Shown here: piece after piece, positions 51,780 to 64,000 of the stretch
Position numbering within the stretch: the stretch's first letter is position 1
Layout of the letters: every line of letters starts with the position of its first letter
Made by a program: the position numbers and the translations under genes
NCBI GenBank assembly: GCA_008632985.1
Contig: QPGO01000065.1
Coordinates: 248,001-312,000 of the forward strand
Direction: 5' to 3'
DNA length: 64,000 nucleotides
DNA from: Psammoneis japonica
Lineage: Eukaryota
Notes under the pieces: model-generated
Told to the model about the DNA's origin: nothing
The model's database searches: none
What the model saw: the letters and a program-made list of their open reading frames with translations, nothing else

Positions 51780-52850
51780 GTGGCCTTTTTGGAAGGGATA
51801 TGACGATTGGATATTGATCAGTCTCCTTGGTTTCTTGGGGATGCTCTTTGTTTCTTTGGGATTGTTGGGGAGTGGCAAGCACAAGTACAATGCGCAACTG
51901 TTGCGTTGTACAACACACTCACACCACAACAACTTTTTCTTCTGCATTGAATCAAGTACAAATTGAAGCCTTGGAGTATGTTTTTCCATATGCAAGGGAG
52001 AAATGAATGTCATGGATCATTACGTCAATGATGGACGTGATCTCGGGACGGAATAACGACCCAACAATAGCGATGATTCCTTGTATGATTTGAATTTTAC
52101 ACAAGAACAAGATGATGACGAAGAACGAATTCATGTAGTGGTGCATCATCAAGATGACGACAACGAGAGTGACGAACTTAACAACAAGAAAAAGCAAGAC
52201 GTAGAGTTGAGTACCATTCGAGAAACAGACAAACCCAATAGCTCAAGACTGTGATGACAAGGAAGACGACAAGGACGCTGTCGTGGCCGTTCTTTCGAGG
52301 AGTCGACTCAACTACGTCGTCTCGCAATGGCAATGATCCCCTGTCGGGACAAAGCCATACTGCTACCACCGAAACCCCCGTCGAAGGCAAAGGATTGGAA
52401 CAAGTTTTTCACAGTGTGTCGGTGTCGGCCATGAGCTCCGGCTTGTTATTAGTATTGGGATTACGGACGGGCTTTTTTGGAGCGCTTTCCAGTTTTTCCT
52501 CGTGGAATTCCAGCATGGTGATGCTGTTGCAAAATGGATGTATTGGACAAGCCGTGGTGGGATACGCGATTGAATTGCAACTACCCATTGTATCGTATCG
52601 GTTTAACCATCATGCGGCGTTGTATTTGTTTGTTTGAAGATGTCGGCGTGAAACCAGACGAGAGATGAGCGACGAGAATATGGATTGCGATGGATCTCTG
52701 TTGCGGGTAAATCAGAGTCTTTGAGTTCCAAACCTTAATAAGAACGACATTGACGGAAATAGATAGAGCAAGCCTCTGGAGTTCTAATCCCGGGGCGCAA
52801 ACAACGAAGCTGGAGCCCCAAAATACGCACACTGTCGTACAACCAGAGCA
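51780..52850 (+). pseudogene. FEX/CrcB (Fluc) fluoride exporter fragment
   Basis: LGLRTGFFGALSSFSSWNSSMV resembles the Fluc GFCGxLTTFSS motif, followed by GYAI..LPIVSY.F. Stops and frameshifts. Confidence 0.7.
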
Positions 52851-55800
52851 CAATTCATTTGCCAAAATCCATCATCCGAATTGATCAAGCTTCCAATCAT
52901 ACGGTACATAATGAAAGCTCTAGCGTAGAATAAACGTTACATCCACTCAATTCCGTTAGGTTCAAGGTTTCTTGTACGTAATGAAAATCGATTCAAGCAA
53001 GGCGAGGCCGCTTGGTTTCGACACTGCCACTGCCATCGACAGGACTGAAGAAGTGCTTGGCAGTGTGTTGATGCTTCAACCTGCAAATTCTGCAGCAACA
53101 CGCAATGTTGCAGTTGGTGCATCTGCCTCTGCAGAGAGCTTCCCATGCATGGAGGGGCATCGGGGGCCTTCAGGAACCAGCTCACCAACATCCAATCCCC
53201 TGACAACCTTCCCCCCACAGCCATCAGCAACTCATCAATGGCAGGGACCCAGCCAGCAAACCCCCCATGCTGACTCCAGCACCATTGTCAACACCCACAC
53301 ACCTGCCAAAGGCCAGCCCCACACTTCATCTCCAACTCCTCCATCTTCATGCCCTGTTTTAGCTTCAGCACCATCATCTCCAACACAAGGTCCAGCCCTT
53401 CTGATGCCAGCTTGTCCTCCATCTGGAAAATGTTGTTGCTCTTGTTCAGAGTTGTTCTGCATTTGACAAGGGCAAACCTTGTGTTCTCATGTTCTCAACA
53501 AGTGCTCATCAACTGTGTTCAAAAAGCCTTTTCAACAACTGAGCCAATCAGCAAAGTGGGAAACAACAATGCTCACTTGTCTTGCTGTGCATTTGATCTT
53601 GACAAGATCAACTTTGCAAACATTGACAACAACTCTTTTTACAACCCACATTGTTCCAACAATTGAGCCAGTTGGCAGCAAAGCAGGAAATGACAATGAA
53701 TTAAATTTTTGACTTGCAGAGTTTTGCACTTGACAACAGCACATTTGAAGCAACACGCTGTTGTGACTCATGTCTGTCAATGCCCACATTAATTCACCCC
53801 ATTAATTTGCTGTTGCCCTCCTGGCTGTGTGTTGCTTGCAATTTGATTTGTGCACTCTGTGATTTAGACTTTCTGCACTCAATTGTGTTGCAGTCTGTTT
53901 CTTGCTCTCTTTTCTCAAGCCCTTTGCTGTCTGCACATGATGCCACCCTGTTGCAGTTGCACTTGCATGGCACTGCAGTGCTCTGCAGTTCTGGTGTCCA
54001 CAAGGATCTTCTGTTGTTTCACACTGTGACCTCACACACTCTTGCTTTTGTTGAAAAGTGTGCTGGGTCAGCCAAAGCTTTGCTCACAAAAAAAGAAGAG
54101 GGTGCAACAAAAATTGTGAGTTCTGCATGTGTTTCATTTTGAATCATCTTTGCTTTGGTGCAGCTTCTGTTTGCCTTTCTGCATCCCCTGCAGCACTGTC
54201 TTCCCATCTTGCTCAGCTTTCATGTCAACATGCCTGAGCTCCAAGATTGGCAAAAGTGTCAGTTGTTTGCATTGTTCTCATGCGCGCATGCTTTCATGCC
54301 TCGCACATCATTTCTCTTGCCTCAACTTGCCTCCCAACTTTGTTTGGTTGTGCCCAGCCCTTTGCTCTGCTGTTGTTGCCTTCTTGCAATGCTGTCATTG
54401 TCAGGATGTTGGGCGGGCTCTCTTGTGTTTGCATTTTGTGTCTTGTGAGGCAGCGATGATTTGCTGTTGCACCCACACCAAGCCAGTCAGCCAAGGTGAT
54501 CAGCATCTGTGTCATTGTTGCACTGGCCATTTTTTTACTCCATGTTTGCCTGCACTGTTGCAGATTTCAATGATTTGAGCTGACTCAAATGAGTGACATT
54601 GGTTTTCTGCAGTTTGAATGCTGTTTTTTACAAACTGTTGCACAGGTGACACCTGGATGCAAAACACCACTCAAATCAGATTGGTTTTGCTGTTGTGTCT
54701 GCAGAAGGTCAATGTCTCAGTTTTTGCCACACTGGTGTGGTGTCTTTGCAGGACAGCAGAGCAGATGCCCGATGCAGTCAGTGCACTTTGTTTTCATGCA
54801 GCACAAGGCAGCAGAGCAAGACAAAGACTTGCACTTGCAGCCACTCTCCTCCTTTGCATGTCTCCTGGCCCAAGAAAAAAATGCTTGCACAAATCATGGG
54901 AAAGACAGTGCTTTTTCATTGTGACCACCAGCTCTTCCTCCACTGGACAAAGCTTCTTGGTGGTTGCAAAAGCCCAGCTTCTTCCATTTCCTCCAAATCC
55001 AGTGCATCAAAGTGGCACATGCCATCATCATTGTCAAAGAAACCTGCATCATTGTCGCTCCTTGTCAATGTGGGAAGAGGACAAGTGAGAACAGTGAAGA
55101 GCAAGAGAGCATGTCAAACTTCTTGCTAAAAAAAAGCACATCATCATGGAGTGGTGCACCAACGTTGAACAGGCTCCAAGTTGTGCTCAGTCTCCCGCAA
55201 GTGCTAAAAATCACTGTGGCCATTGCAAAGTCACTCACCACCTTGTTCATTGGCAGAGACATTGCCATCATTCACCCATTGAGATTCTCGGACACTGGCA
55301 GGAGGGAAAAAAGGGGGGGTGGCAAAAACACAATGGATCACCGTCAAGAAGGACAGGGGCCTGAATCCATCAGCACCCAAGCCAAGGGAGTGGTTGACAG
55401 ATCTGACTGACCCAAAGAGCACAGTGCAGCAGCATTGCTTGAGAGGGGCCAATGGGAGAGGGAGGTGAAAGAGCACTGGGAACATGTGCTGGGTGTCCCT
55501 TTTCACTTGATGTTTTGCTTGTTGCTCCTGAGCCTCAGGGCAGTGTGATGGAGCAACAGCTGTCAAGAAGAAGGCTGGCAAAGAAAACTGCTGCAGCATG
55601 TCTTGGGCATTCTCTTCATTGTCAGCGCATGCATTTTTATTTGCTTTGTTTTCTTTGATTGTTTTGCTTGATTCAACAGAGAACAAGGTCCGAACCTGAG
55701 CGCGACTGTGTCCAAGGAAATCCAAGTCATCGTGCCCACCCTTTTCACTGTGCACGGCAAAGTGGAGCTCCTTGTTTGTGCATTTGCAACTCAAGCAGCA

Positions 55801-58800
55801 ATCTGGGACTGTGCACATTTCCTCAGAATGGGACCCTTGATGACAGAGTCAAACAATGGAATGGGACGTGAACAAAGAGAGGCGTGGAATTTGCAAACAC
55901 ACGTTTGAACCTCTGAAGGTGAAAAGACCAGGCTGCAATGCCACCTTCATGCCTTCAACATGAACTTGTTGCACACAAGTCCATGCAACCAACAGAGAGC
56001 ACAATCCTGCAAGCTCCAACACTTCTTTTGTGTCATCTTCGACCATGCATCAACCAGTGCTTGTTCCTTGTCAGAGATCAAGTGATTGAATCTGTTTGTC
56101 ACCTCTTCCTCAAGCCCAGCCTTCTGGACTGCCAACATGGAAGACTTGACAGCCACAGAGTCACCCAAAGACTTGCAAGTTGACAAAAGCAGCAGCTTCA
56201 ACGAGCATCTTGCAGAGAAAGTCCAGCAATGGGGATGCTTTGATGCCAGTTGCTCCCCAAAGGACAGGGCAGGTCAGCTGAAAATCCCGGAGATGCTTTG
56301 CACCTCTGTGATTTCTGCCACAATGTCGTCAACTCCAACGTTGCTCCATGGACACAAATGGATGCAGCATGCGCGTGGGACCCTTCCTGCAAACACTCAA
56401 GGACGGCTTTCACAAGAGGGCTCTTGTGCAGTTTGTTTCCGTCATTGTTGGTTGAAAGCTTTTCTTTACAGCCTTGGAAAATGAGCACAAGGATGATGCG
56501 TGACACTGAGATGCCATCTGCTCTAGCTTGTCTTCAAGAGAATCTGAGTGGTTGATTTCATCTTGGTCTCTGTCCTTGTGTTGAGGCTGCTTGGCCAGAG
56601 AAGCGACAACCTGAGTGACTCTTGACTTGAGTGGCCTTGATGCACCACTTGTGGCATGCACCAAAATCTCTGCAGCGGGCATTGGCTTGTGTCTGCATCC
56701 TTGTTGCTGCTGCTTGGTGCAGCAACTTCATCTTCATCATGTGGAGGCTTGTGTTCAACAAGACCGCGGGCTGCCGTGCATCCGCTTTGACATTGCAGGA
56801 GCAAAAAACATGAGCCAACATGTCCCCAATGCAACTGACGGGATCGTGCACTTTGTCTTCAAAGGGGGGCATTCCATTGCAGGCAGAAGTCAATGCCAAG
56901 AGGAATCATCTTGTCTCTTCTGATCTTCTGGATGCAGCAGCAATCATCTTGATCAAGTGAGAGCAGAAAGTGGGCACGTCCATTTTCAAACAATGAAGAA
57001 ATTGCTTGACAAGGTCCAGGCACAACGCTTTGTCCAAAGCATCAGCATCCACAGGTTGTTGCAGCTGCTGCAACAGCTCTTGCAAATTCAGATGAATTTG
57101 CAACCACTGACAGAGCCGCTCACATGCTTGTTGTTCCTGTTTTGAGGTCAACAATTCCAACAGCAGAAGCAGCACCGAGACTTTGCTTGATTGAATCTGT
57201 GCCTCCCTGCATTTCCACATCTGTTCCACATGTTTTGCTCAACTCATGCCGAATGGTGCGGACATGATCCAAAGCCTTGAGAAACTGCGTGCCTCTCATG
57301 TCAAGGTCATCAAAGGCGTGCTGATCCAGCAAGAGTGACTCGTTCTGTGACAAATCAAATTTGTCAAGGAGCTCATCCACTGCTTGAGCCCCCGCTCTTG
57401 TGCTTGATTTCATTCTTCAAATGCTCTTGCCAGTTCAGCTGCTTGTTCTTCTTCACATCCCACTTCTGGCAACGACTCCTCAGATTTGCTTCTGATGAGG
57501 TGGCTCCAGAAGTGCTGTTGTGAACACTTGCACTCACTTCACGCGCACAATCGATGCTGTTGTCATGACACTTCGCCTCAAGTCCTGGACTCTCTTGACG
57601 GGATTCTGAAGTTCCTCTTGCATTGAAAGAGCTTGTTCCAGAGTGTCCTCTTCAATCGCAACTCGCACTGACCATGAACCATGAATCAACCATGGGCAAA
57701 TGGCAAATGCACCAGTGCTTCTCACGCTGCCTTCATTGCTGTTGCATCTGTGCAAACCTCCAATGCACGAGACATCTTGTTGGCAAGGATGTCGGCACCC
57801 ACAGATGCGGTGGTGTTCTCATCATGGTCGGCCATGGTTCAAGTGAGTTGCTCTCTTGGCTCTGCTCATGTGGCAGAGATGCTGTCATGAGTTGGAAAGT
57901 TGAAATGGGCAAATGGCAAATGGTTCATGTGATTTCATGCGGTTGGCTTGGATGCATGCTGACAAGATCATTGCACGGCCAATGTGCAGACAGCATGAGG
58001 ACTGAGCAGTGATTCCCCTTTGCAGCATCTGGTGCACTTTCTGCCATTTGTTTCCCCAGCAGAAGTGCGCGAGTTTGCCGCAGTGTTTTCAGGCACAAAC
58101 GATGTGTGGGTGCACACCACAGGAATGACAAATGTACAAAATTTTAAAATCAGAATTTCTCCCTCCAACCTCCTTCACAAGAGGCCAAAGGGACAAAAAA
58201 AAGATTGAGAAAAGACACAGCACAATGCGTGGTGTCTCGTCAGCTGGCGTCAGTCTTCCCAAGTCGGGTGGAGATGCAGTTGCTCTGTGGTCAAATCGTC
58301 CCAATTGTCTGCACTGTTTCAACACACATGTTTGCAAAATCTGATGATCAAACTGAGAGCACAAAATCTTGGACACAAAGGCAGATTCTTGCCTGGCAGG
58401 GTGAGAAGAAAACGTTGCTTGTGGCTGTTCTGGGTGAGGGTGGCACGAGGGTGGCTGAATGTTCTTTTGATCTGTTGTTGAATGTTGCCACAAGCGCTGT
58501 TCATGAAGTGGTGCCTTTGTGTGCAAAAATGGCAAAGACAAAACAGAGAGAACACCAGAGCAGACACCATCACAGACAGTGGGAGGGAAAACGATGATGC
58601 TTTTTGAGTTGATGACAGGCCATGGAGTTGTTCGGTCCACCAGATCTAGATTGGGACAAACGAGTCGATGGGTTCAAATTTCATCAGAACAGCCTCCCAC
58701 AGTTTGTGTGATGAAAGATTGTGATGGGAAAAAAGCACCAAATGCCAAACACTACCTGAATTTGGTGAGTCAACTTGCACTGGAGCTGCGCTTGTTTGTG

Positions 58801-61582
58801 GTTGCACACTGCACCCCAGCACAAGAGCTCAATCTTTCTCAGCCTCTTGCTTGACCACTGCCATGTGTGCTGGAAAGAAATGCTCCTCCTCTGGCATTTT
58901 CAAGCCTTTCATGCATCAGCTGCAAAACACACAACACCCAAACAATGTGCTCATCAACATTGCAACAATTTGCACTTGACTTGAGCTCTCATCAAAGATC
59001 AATTTGAACTTAACTTGAGCTCTCATCAAAGATCAAAGGCACCTTCTTCTCTTGAGTTCTTTCTTTGAGTTTGCAATCAAAAGAGCTGCTGTGAAAAGAT
59101 CTTCCACTCCAGCCAACAAAACCCACACATGCTGGGCTCACACCATCCCAAAACACTAGAAAAAACACACCAACCCACAATTGTCCTCCAAAGCCACTGC
59201 TGCAGAAACAGGAAAAAGGCACTTTGTTGCTGTGCCAGCCCCAGTGTCCGAGACTGAATCTTCATCATCACAGTGAAGCACAACGTGAGCAGATGTTTGG
59301 TGGATTTTCTGCCAGTGCACAATCCACATTGTCCACAGGGAAGATAAATTTGTGCTTGTTTCTGAGGCTTTTGCATGTCATTGAAATTTGTTGTTCTCCA
59401 AATGATTGTGCAGATGAGCTCAAAAAAGCACAGAACACCCCAAAACAACTCTGGAAGCTGGGTGAATAAAATTGCTGTTTGGCGGTGCAAACAGGGTTGC
59501 CCCAAAGTGCTTCTCAAAACACCTTCAGATTGAATGTGGCAAAATGTCTGCTGTTGACAAAACAGAGTCACTGTGGCAAGACAGACCACGGTTGGCACCA
59601 CAACACACAACAACACCATGGCAAGCAATGCCAACGCCGTTCAATCATCTGCCAGCAGGCATTTCCAGATGAGATCAAAGCTGTTGGACAACATTTGTGT
59701 GCTGCATTGACCCACACCATGTTTTTTGATTTGGCTGCAAGTTGGCTGCTTCTGCTTGATCACCAGCCACCGAACAGCTTTTCCTGCAGGGTGTGGCCAG
59801 TTGCTCATAAAATTGAACCCAAATTGCCGGACCAACTGCCCCCAACCCTTGAAAGTGTGAGACTGTGTGGCTCTGGGTCTGCACTGCAGAAAAGATGAAG
59901 CCACTGCACTGTGAGAACAGAAGACAACTTTGTTGTGAGGGCACAGGTGTGCACAAAGGCACCTTGTTGAGTGCTGTCTTTTTCTGCCATTTGCAGCCAC
60001 AGAGCACAGTCAACCTGCAGCTCAGGGCACCATCCAGTTGCTTCTCTGCTTCTTTTTTCCTGCCATTCTCAACCACAGAGAAAAGCAACTTGCAGCTCAG
60101 GGCACAGCATCCACATGCAGTTGCTTCTCTTCTTTCCTTTTCTTTTTCTGCAATCTGCAGCCACAGAGAACAGGCAACTCACAGCTCACGGCACAATCCA
60201 GGTTGCTTCTCTGCACCTGTCAAAAAGCACTGTCAAGAGCTTTTGAGATGTGACACAGCTGGCACAACAAGAGACTGTGAGAGCAGCAAGCAGTTCTCTC
60301 CACAAAATGCTGCAGATGGTGGCAGCAGCAGTTGTCTGCATGCAAAGTGTTGCCAAAATCACCCGAACATGTTGCAAAGAAAAGAGGAACACACTGCAAT
60401 GGCAGTGCATTTTTCAGGCCTTCTTGAGCTGATGCACTGAAGGAGTCTGTGACAGAGCTGCTCAGACAGCATGCACAATGGCACTCATCTGTGTCTTTCT
60501 TGTTGATCAAACATGCAAAAAATGTGCCCATCATTTTGAGCTGACTTGGAAAAATCAAAAGTTGAAGTTGCATTTTTTGAAATGCTTTGCAGGCTGTCAT
60601 GTGCATGCTGCGGTGACCCCACCAGTGTGGATGGCACTCTTTTTGTGTCAAAAAGCAAGAGCAGCAGCAGAGGATGAGGCATGAAGCACCTTCTTTGATT
60701 GTTGGGTGCTTCACCACTTGACAATGAAGCAGGCATTTCTGGCTCTTTTGGGGTGCTGCAAAGATGTGCAAGGCTGCTTCACAGGCCCTCCTCCCTTGAT
60801 GCCAAGGAAGACACAGCCACCAAGCCCAAAGCCACTGATGATCTGGGTTTGGAGCAATGGAAGATGTCAGAAAGACACCAGCAGTCTCCCAATGTCACAG
60901 TCTTTGTCCTCTCAAGTTTTTTTGGGGCCAGGCAAGCATTGCAAAGTGGATGGTCTCAAGCTTCTGTGCTTTAACCATGCAAGGGGGGGCTGGCAGTGGC
61001 TGCTGCACACACTGCAAGAAACAAATCTTCTTGTGCCGCTCTTTGAGAAGAATGAAAAACCTCAATTCTGGAGGGCCAAACAAATGCTGGAAGCCACCAT
61101 CAATCAAAGCCAAGAAGCCATTTGAGCTGGAGCTCATTTTCATTCCAAGAAAGCTGGTCATGATTTGATTGATGCAAAGGAATGTGGAATGAGACCACAG
61201 CAGGGCCCTCCCAATGGGATGTTTGCATCCATTGCTCTCAACCTCTCACATTCTTGTGATTGACTCACACAGCAGAACCCTGCACAGTCACTCACACTGA
61301 GAATGAACCACACATTTAGCACGCCAAACATCTGCTGGTGCAATGGCTTGTCATGGCTTTGAAAGCATCTCAAAATTCTTGTCATCTTGCACTTGCACCA
61401 CTCAACAACATGATGCCACTTGACTTGGTTTTGTTGATGCAACATCACATGGTGGCAATCCAGCAATTGCCTTCTGCAAGGTCCACCCGCAGAGAGCAAG
61501 GAGCAGTCTAGCAAAGATCAGAAGACCTGGCATGATCTTCAAACAAATGGCAAGCCTCTGTCTTCAATGCACTTAAAAGTGC

Positions 61583-61661
61583 TTCTGCCATGTTGGCCAC
61601 AGTTTGGCAAACATTGCTGTCACCTTCTGCCATGTTGGCCACAGTTTGGCAAACATTGCTG
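61583..61661. repeat. Short tandem duplication (38-bp core, 42-bp period)
   Basis: cttctgccatgttggccacagtttggcaaacattgctg occurs twice. Confidence 0.9.
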
Positions 61662-62159
61662 CTGTCACATTGGTGCTTTTCTGATGTCTCCTTGTTGTCT
61701 GTCTCACTGAATTCCATGAAAAACACAGGAACTGCATCAGGGACTGCCAGTTGGAGCCAAGTGCATTTCTGGTGGCTGGGGGTCTCAACTCACATCATTG
61801 AAAAGCTGCAGACCAGGGCTGGGCCAGCCATTGTTGGGGAGAATGTCCTTAGAAACCAACATTCTGCTGAAGCAAAGTCAACCATTGGGAGGGCTTGAGA
61901 GCTCCAACTCCATGTCCAAGTCTGTTTTTGGCACCAGCTGTTGTTGTGTTGGCTTTTTGGATGCCTCCATCAGTGCTTCCAACACATTTCAAAGCAAGGC
62001 CAGAACATGGTCTGTGGAGCAACAGCACTGCCGTGTCTGGTCAGTTGGGCACCATGTTGATGCTTTGGGGCAGAGCTTTGTGTGCACTTGCAGCAGTGAG
62101 AAGCAACAAGCAGCTTGCAAACTTTGCACAACATTTGGAATTCAAAGGAGCACCACAAG

Positions 62160-62960
62160 TCACCAACTTTCTCTGGAGACATGGACAAGACAAGATGGAA
62201 CAATTGCTTGCTCATTTTGCATCATGCCATCTTAATGCAAAATGTGCATTTCTCCCTGGTGATCACAAATTCATGCAGTGTCTCTGGTGGCTTGAGCCAA
62301 GCACTTGTTGGGCAACTCTGTCCTTTGAAAATGGCTGTCACATTGTGCAGCTGCTGTGCATCAGCAGCAGCATGCTGAGGGAAAGGCAATCTCAACTTGA
62401 GCCGACTTTTGAGTGACTTTTCTTGTGTCAACAACATGAGGGCGGGTGAGATCAAAAGCCACTCTTTTTTTTAGAGCACAGCTGTTGCAATGTGGACCCT
62501 GATTTTTGCACAGTCACCAACTTGCAATTGCTTTGATGAGTGGGGAACAATGTCCCCCCGTGCATTTGCAAATGCTTTGACATGCTGACAAGGCTCTCAC
62601 CAGAGCACATCAAACCAAGTGGCTGCTCTCTTCATTTTGCCCCACTTTTGTTGCACCAACAATTGCTCCACAACACAAAGGGTCATCATCTTGGGGAGCA
62701 AAGTTTTCTGTTTGTCTCTGCATGAGCAAACAAGCCAACAAAATCTTCCATTTGTTTGTGTGTGGCTGTTCATTGGGAGCCTGTGAGATGCAACAAGTCA
62801 GAGAGTGTTTTTCTTCTGTCTTGCACAAAGAGAACACAAAGAGAGACACACTGTGACTCACCTTTTTTCTCTGGAAACATGGACAAGACAAGATGGAATG
62901 GTTGCTTGCATCATGTTGTTTGATGTCATGCCACAACAATGCAAAAGATGCATTTCATTC
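62160..62960 (+). repeat. ~95-bp diverged direct repeat (62160-62255 and 62860-62957)
   Basis: ttctctgga(g/a)acatggacaagacaagatggaa(caa/tgg)ttgcttgc is shared. Confidence 0.75.
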
Positions 62961-64000
62961 TCCCCAGCAGAGCAGAGCTCAATTTGAGGCCCAGTGTGAA
63001 TTAAGACCCTTGTGCTGTCAGGCTCAAATGATGGATGATTCAAGGCAAGAGCTCCACAAAAACATCACAGGAACAGTGTGCGATGAATGGTCAATGGCCA
63101 TTTCCACCTGCAGTGCAGCTGCAAAAAGGTGACTGTGCTGCCACAAATGGAGGTCCAAATGAACAACACTGCACCAATCCTCATCATGTTGATGCATGGG
63201 TGGATCCTGAGCAGCTTCATTGCTGCAGTCCATGGATCAATTGGCTTGCTCCTCATGGCTCTCCTCTGTTTCTCCAGTGCCTCTCATTGAACTCTTCTGG
63301 CTTTTGAAAATTTCAACTGGTTTCTCCTTGTTGCGCTGACCTTCATGAACAAAGATGACACAGTCAACAAACATGACAGAGCACATTCTTCTGTCTTTGG
63401 ATGCTCATTTGGCAGGGCCATGGCGCATCTTTTATGTCACGTCAATGCAGTGCAGGGATCCTGCACAGGACACAGTGCCAATTCCATGCATGTGATGTGG
63501 AGGGCCTTGAATCATGACCATGTTGTCATCCTTGCTTGTCGGACGTTTTGGTTCACATGCCAAAACTCATCAACCACCCAGATTTGAAAAAGTGGAACAA
63601 CTTTTTTTCTGACAAGTTCAATGTGATCTTTCATGCAAATGCACAAAAGTGTGAAATTCGCGCGCATCATGTTGTCTGCATGGGTGCAGTTCTTGGCCGG
63701 GCCTCAACTGCGCTCCACTCTAGAAGTTGTTGCAAATTCATGCTTTCCACTTTCTGTGCAGTCTCTGTGGTGGCTGCTGGCTAGAGAGGTGCTGTCAGTT
63801 GAAGTGAAACGTCATCATGCACGCATGCCAACCACTCAAATTTTCAAAAATTCTCCGCACAAATTGGTGCTTTCTCAAACCCCTCACCCGGCACATCCCA
63901 GAACTGCCACAAAAAAAAGGTGAGGGACCTGGATCCTTTTTTAAAAGGTGAGTTTCTTGACACCCTCCTGGATCACATGCTGAAAAAGGATCCAGGGAAA

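Larger units (their letters stand above)
52990..64000. other. TpA- and CpG-depleted hypermutated repeat domain D (unclassified decayed elements)
   Basis: About 30 TA in 11 kb by hand count, CG also scarce. No recognisable intact gene. Confidence 0.9.

Noticed and set aside
52990..64000. Ordinary universal TpA under-representation or CpG decay as the sole explanation
   Set aside because: Depletion is near-total, regional and context-specific. CpG decay cannot remove TA, and TA is also lost where CpG is retained.

Overview
Eukaryotic genomic DNA, almost certainly a diatom or related ochrophyte. Evidence: short GT-AG introns and a THIC gene with a bipartite plastid leader and a 3'-UTR TPP aptamer. 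The window alternates between two compositional states. (1) Ordinary DNA (~6.9-28.7 kb, ~39.3-40.5 kb, ~44.8-53.0 kb) holds a SAM methyltransferase, THIC, an SLC35A nucleotide-sugar transporter, a PurE-like/SAICAR synthase, a Ulp1 protease, two hypothetical spliced genes, and many gene fragments (MCM4 x2, ValRS, HDAC, SHAQKYF-MYB, FEX/CrcB, ankyrin-like, WW). (2) Four repeat-rich domains (1-~6.7 kb, ~28.75-39.3 kb, ~40.5-44.75 kb, ~53.0-64 kb) in which the TpA dinucleotide is almost eliminated and replaced by TpG/CpA. The main result is evidence for a regional, two-stranded, context-specific A:T->G:C hypermutation process (TAY->TGY, equivalently RTA->RCA) acting on repeat DNA after integration. 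The two LTRs of one Ty3/gypsy element (37793-38158 and 44778-45141, 4-bp TSD CTTC) differ at about 20 of 21 alignable TpA sites while keeping most CpGs. Conserved Tyr codons in decayed genes have become His/Cys. This resembles a RIP-like genome defence with the opposite chemistry to fungal RIP. The responsible enzyme is not identifiable in this window. All counts are hand counts and approximate.
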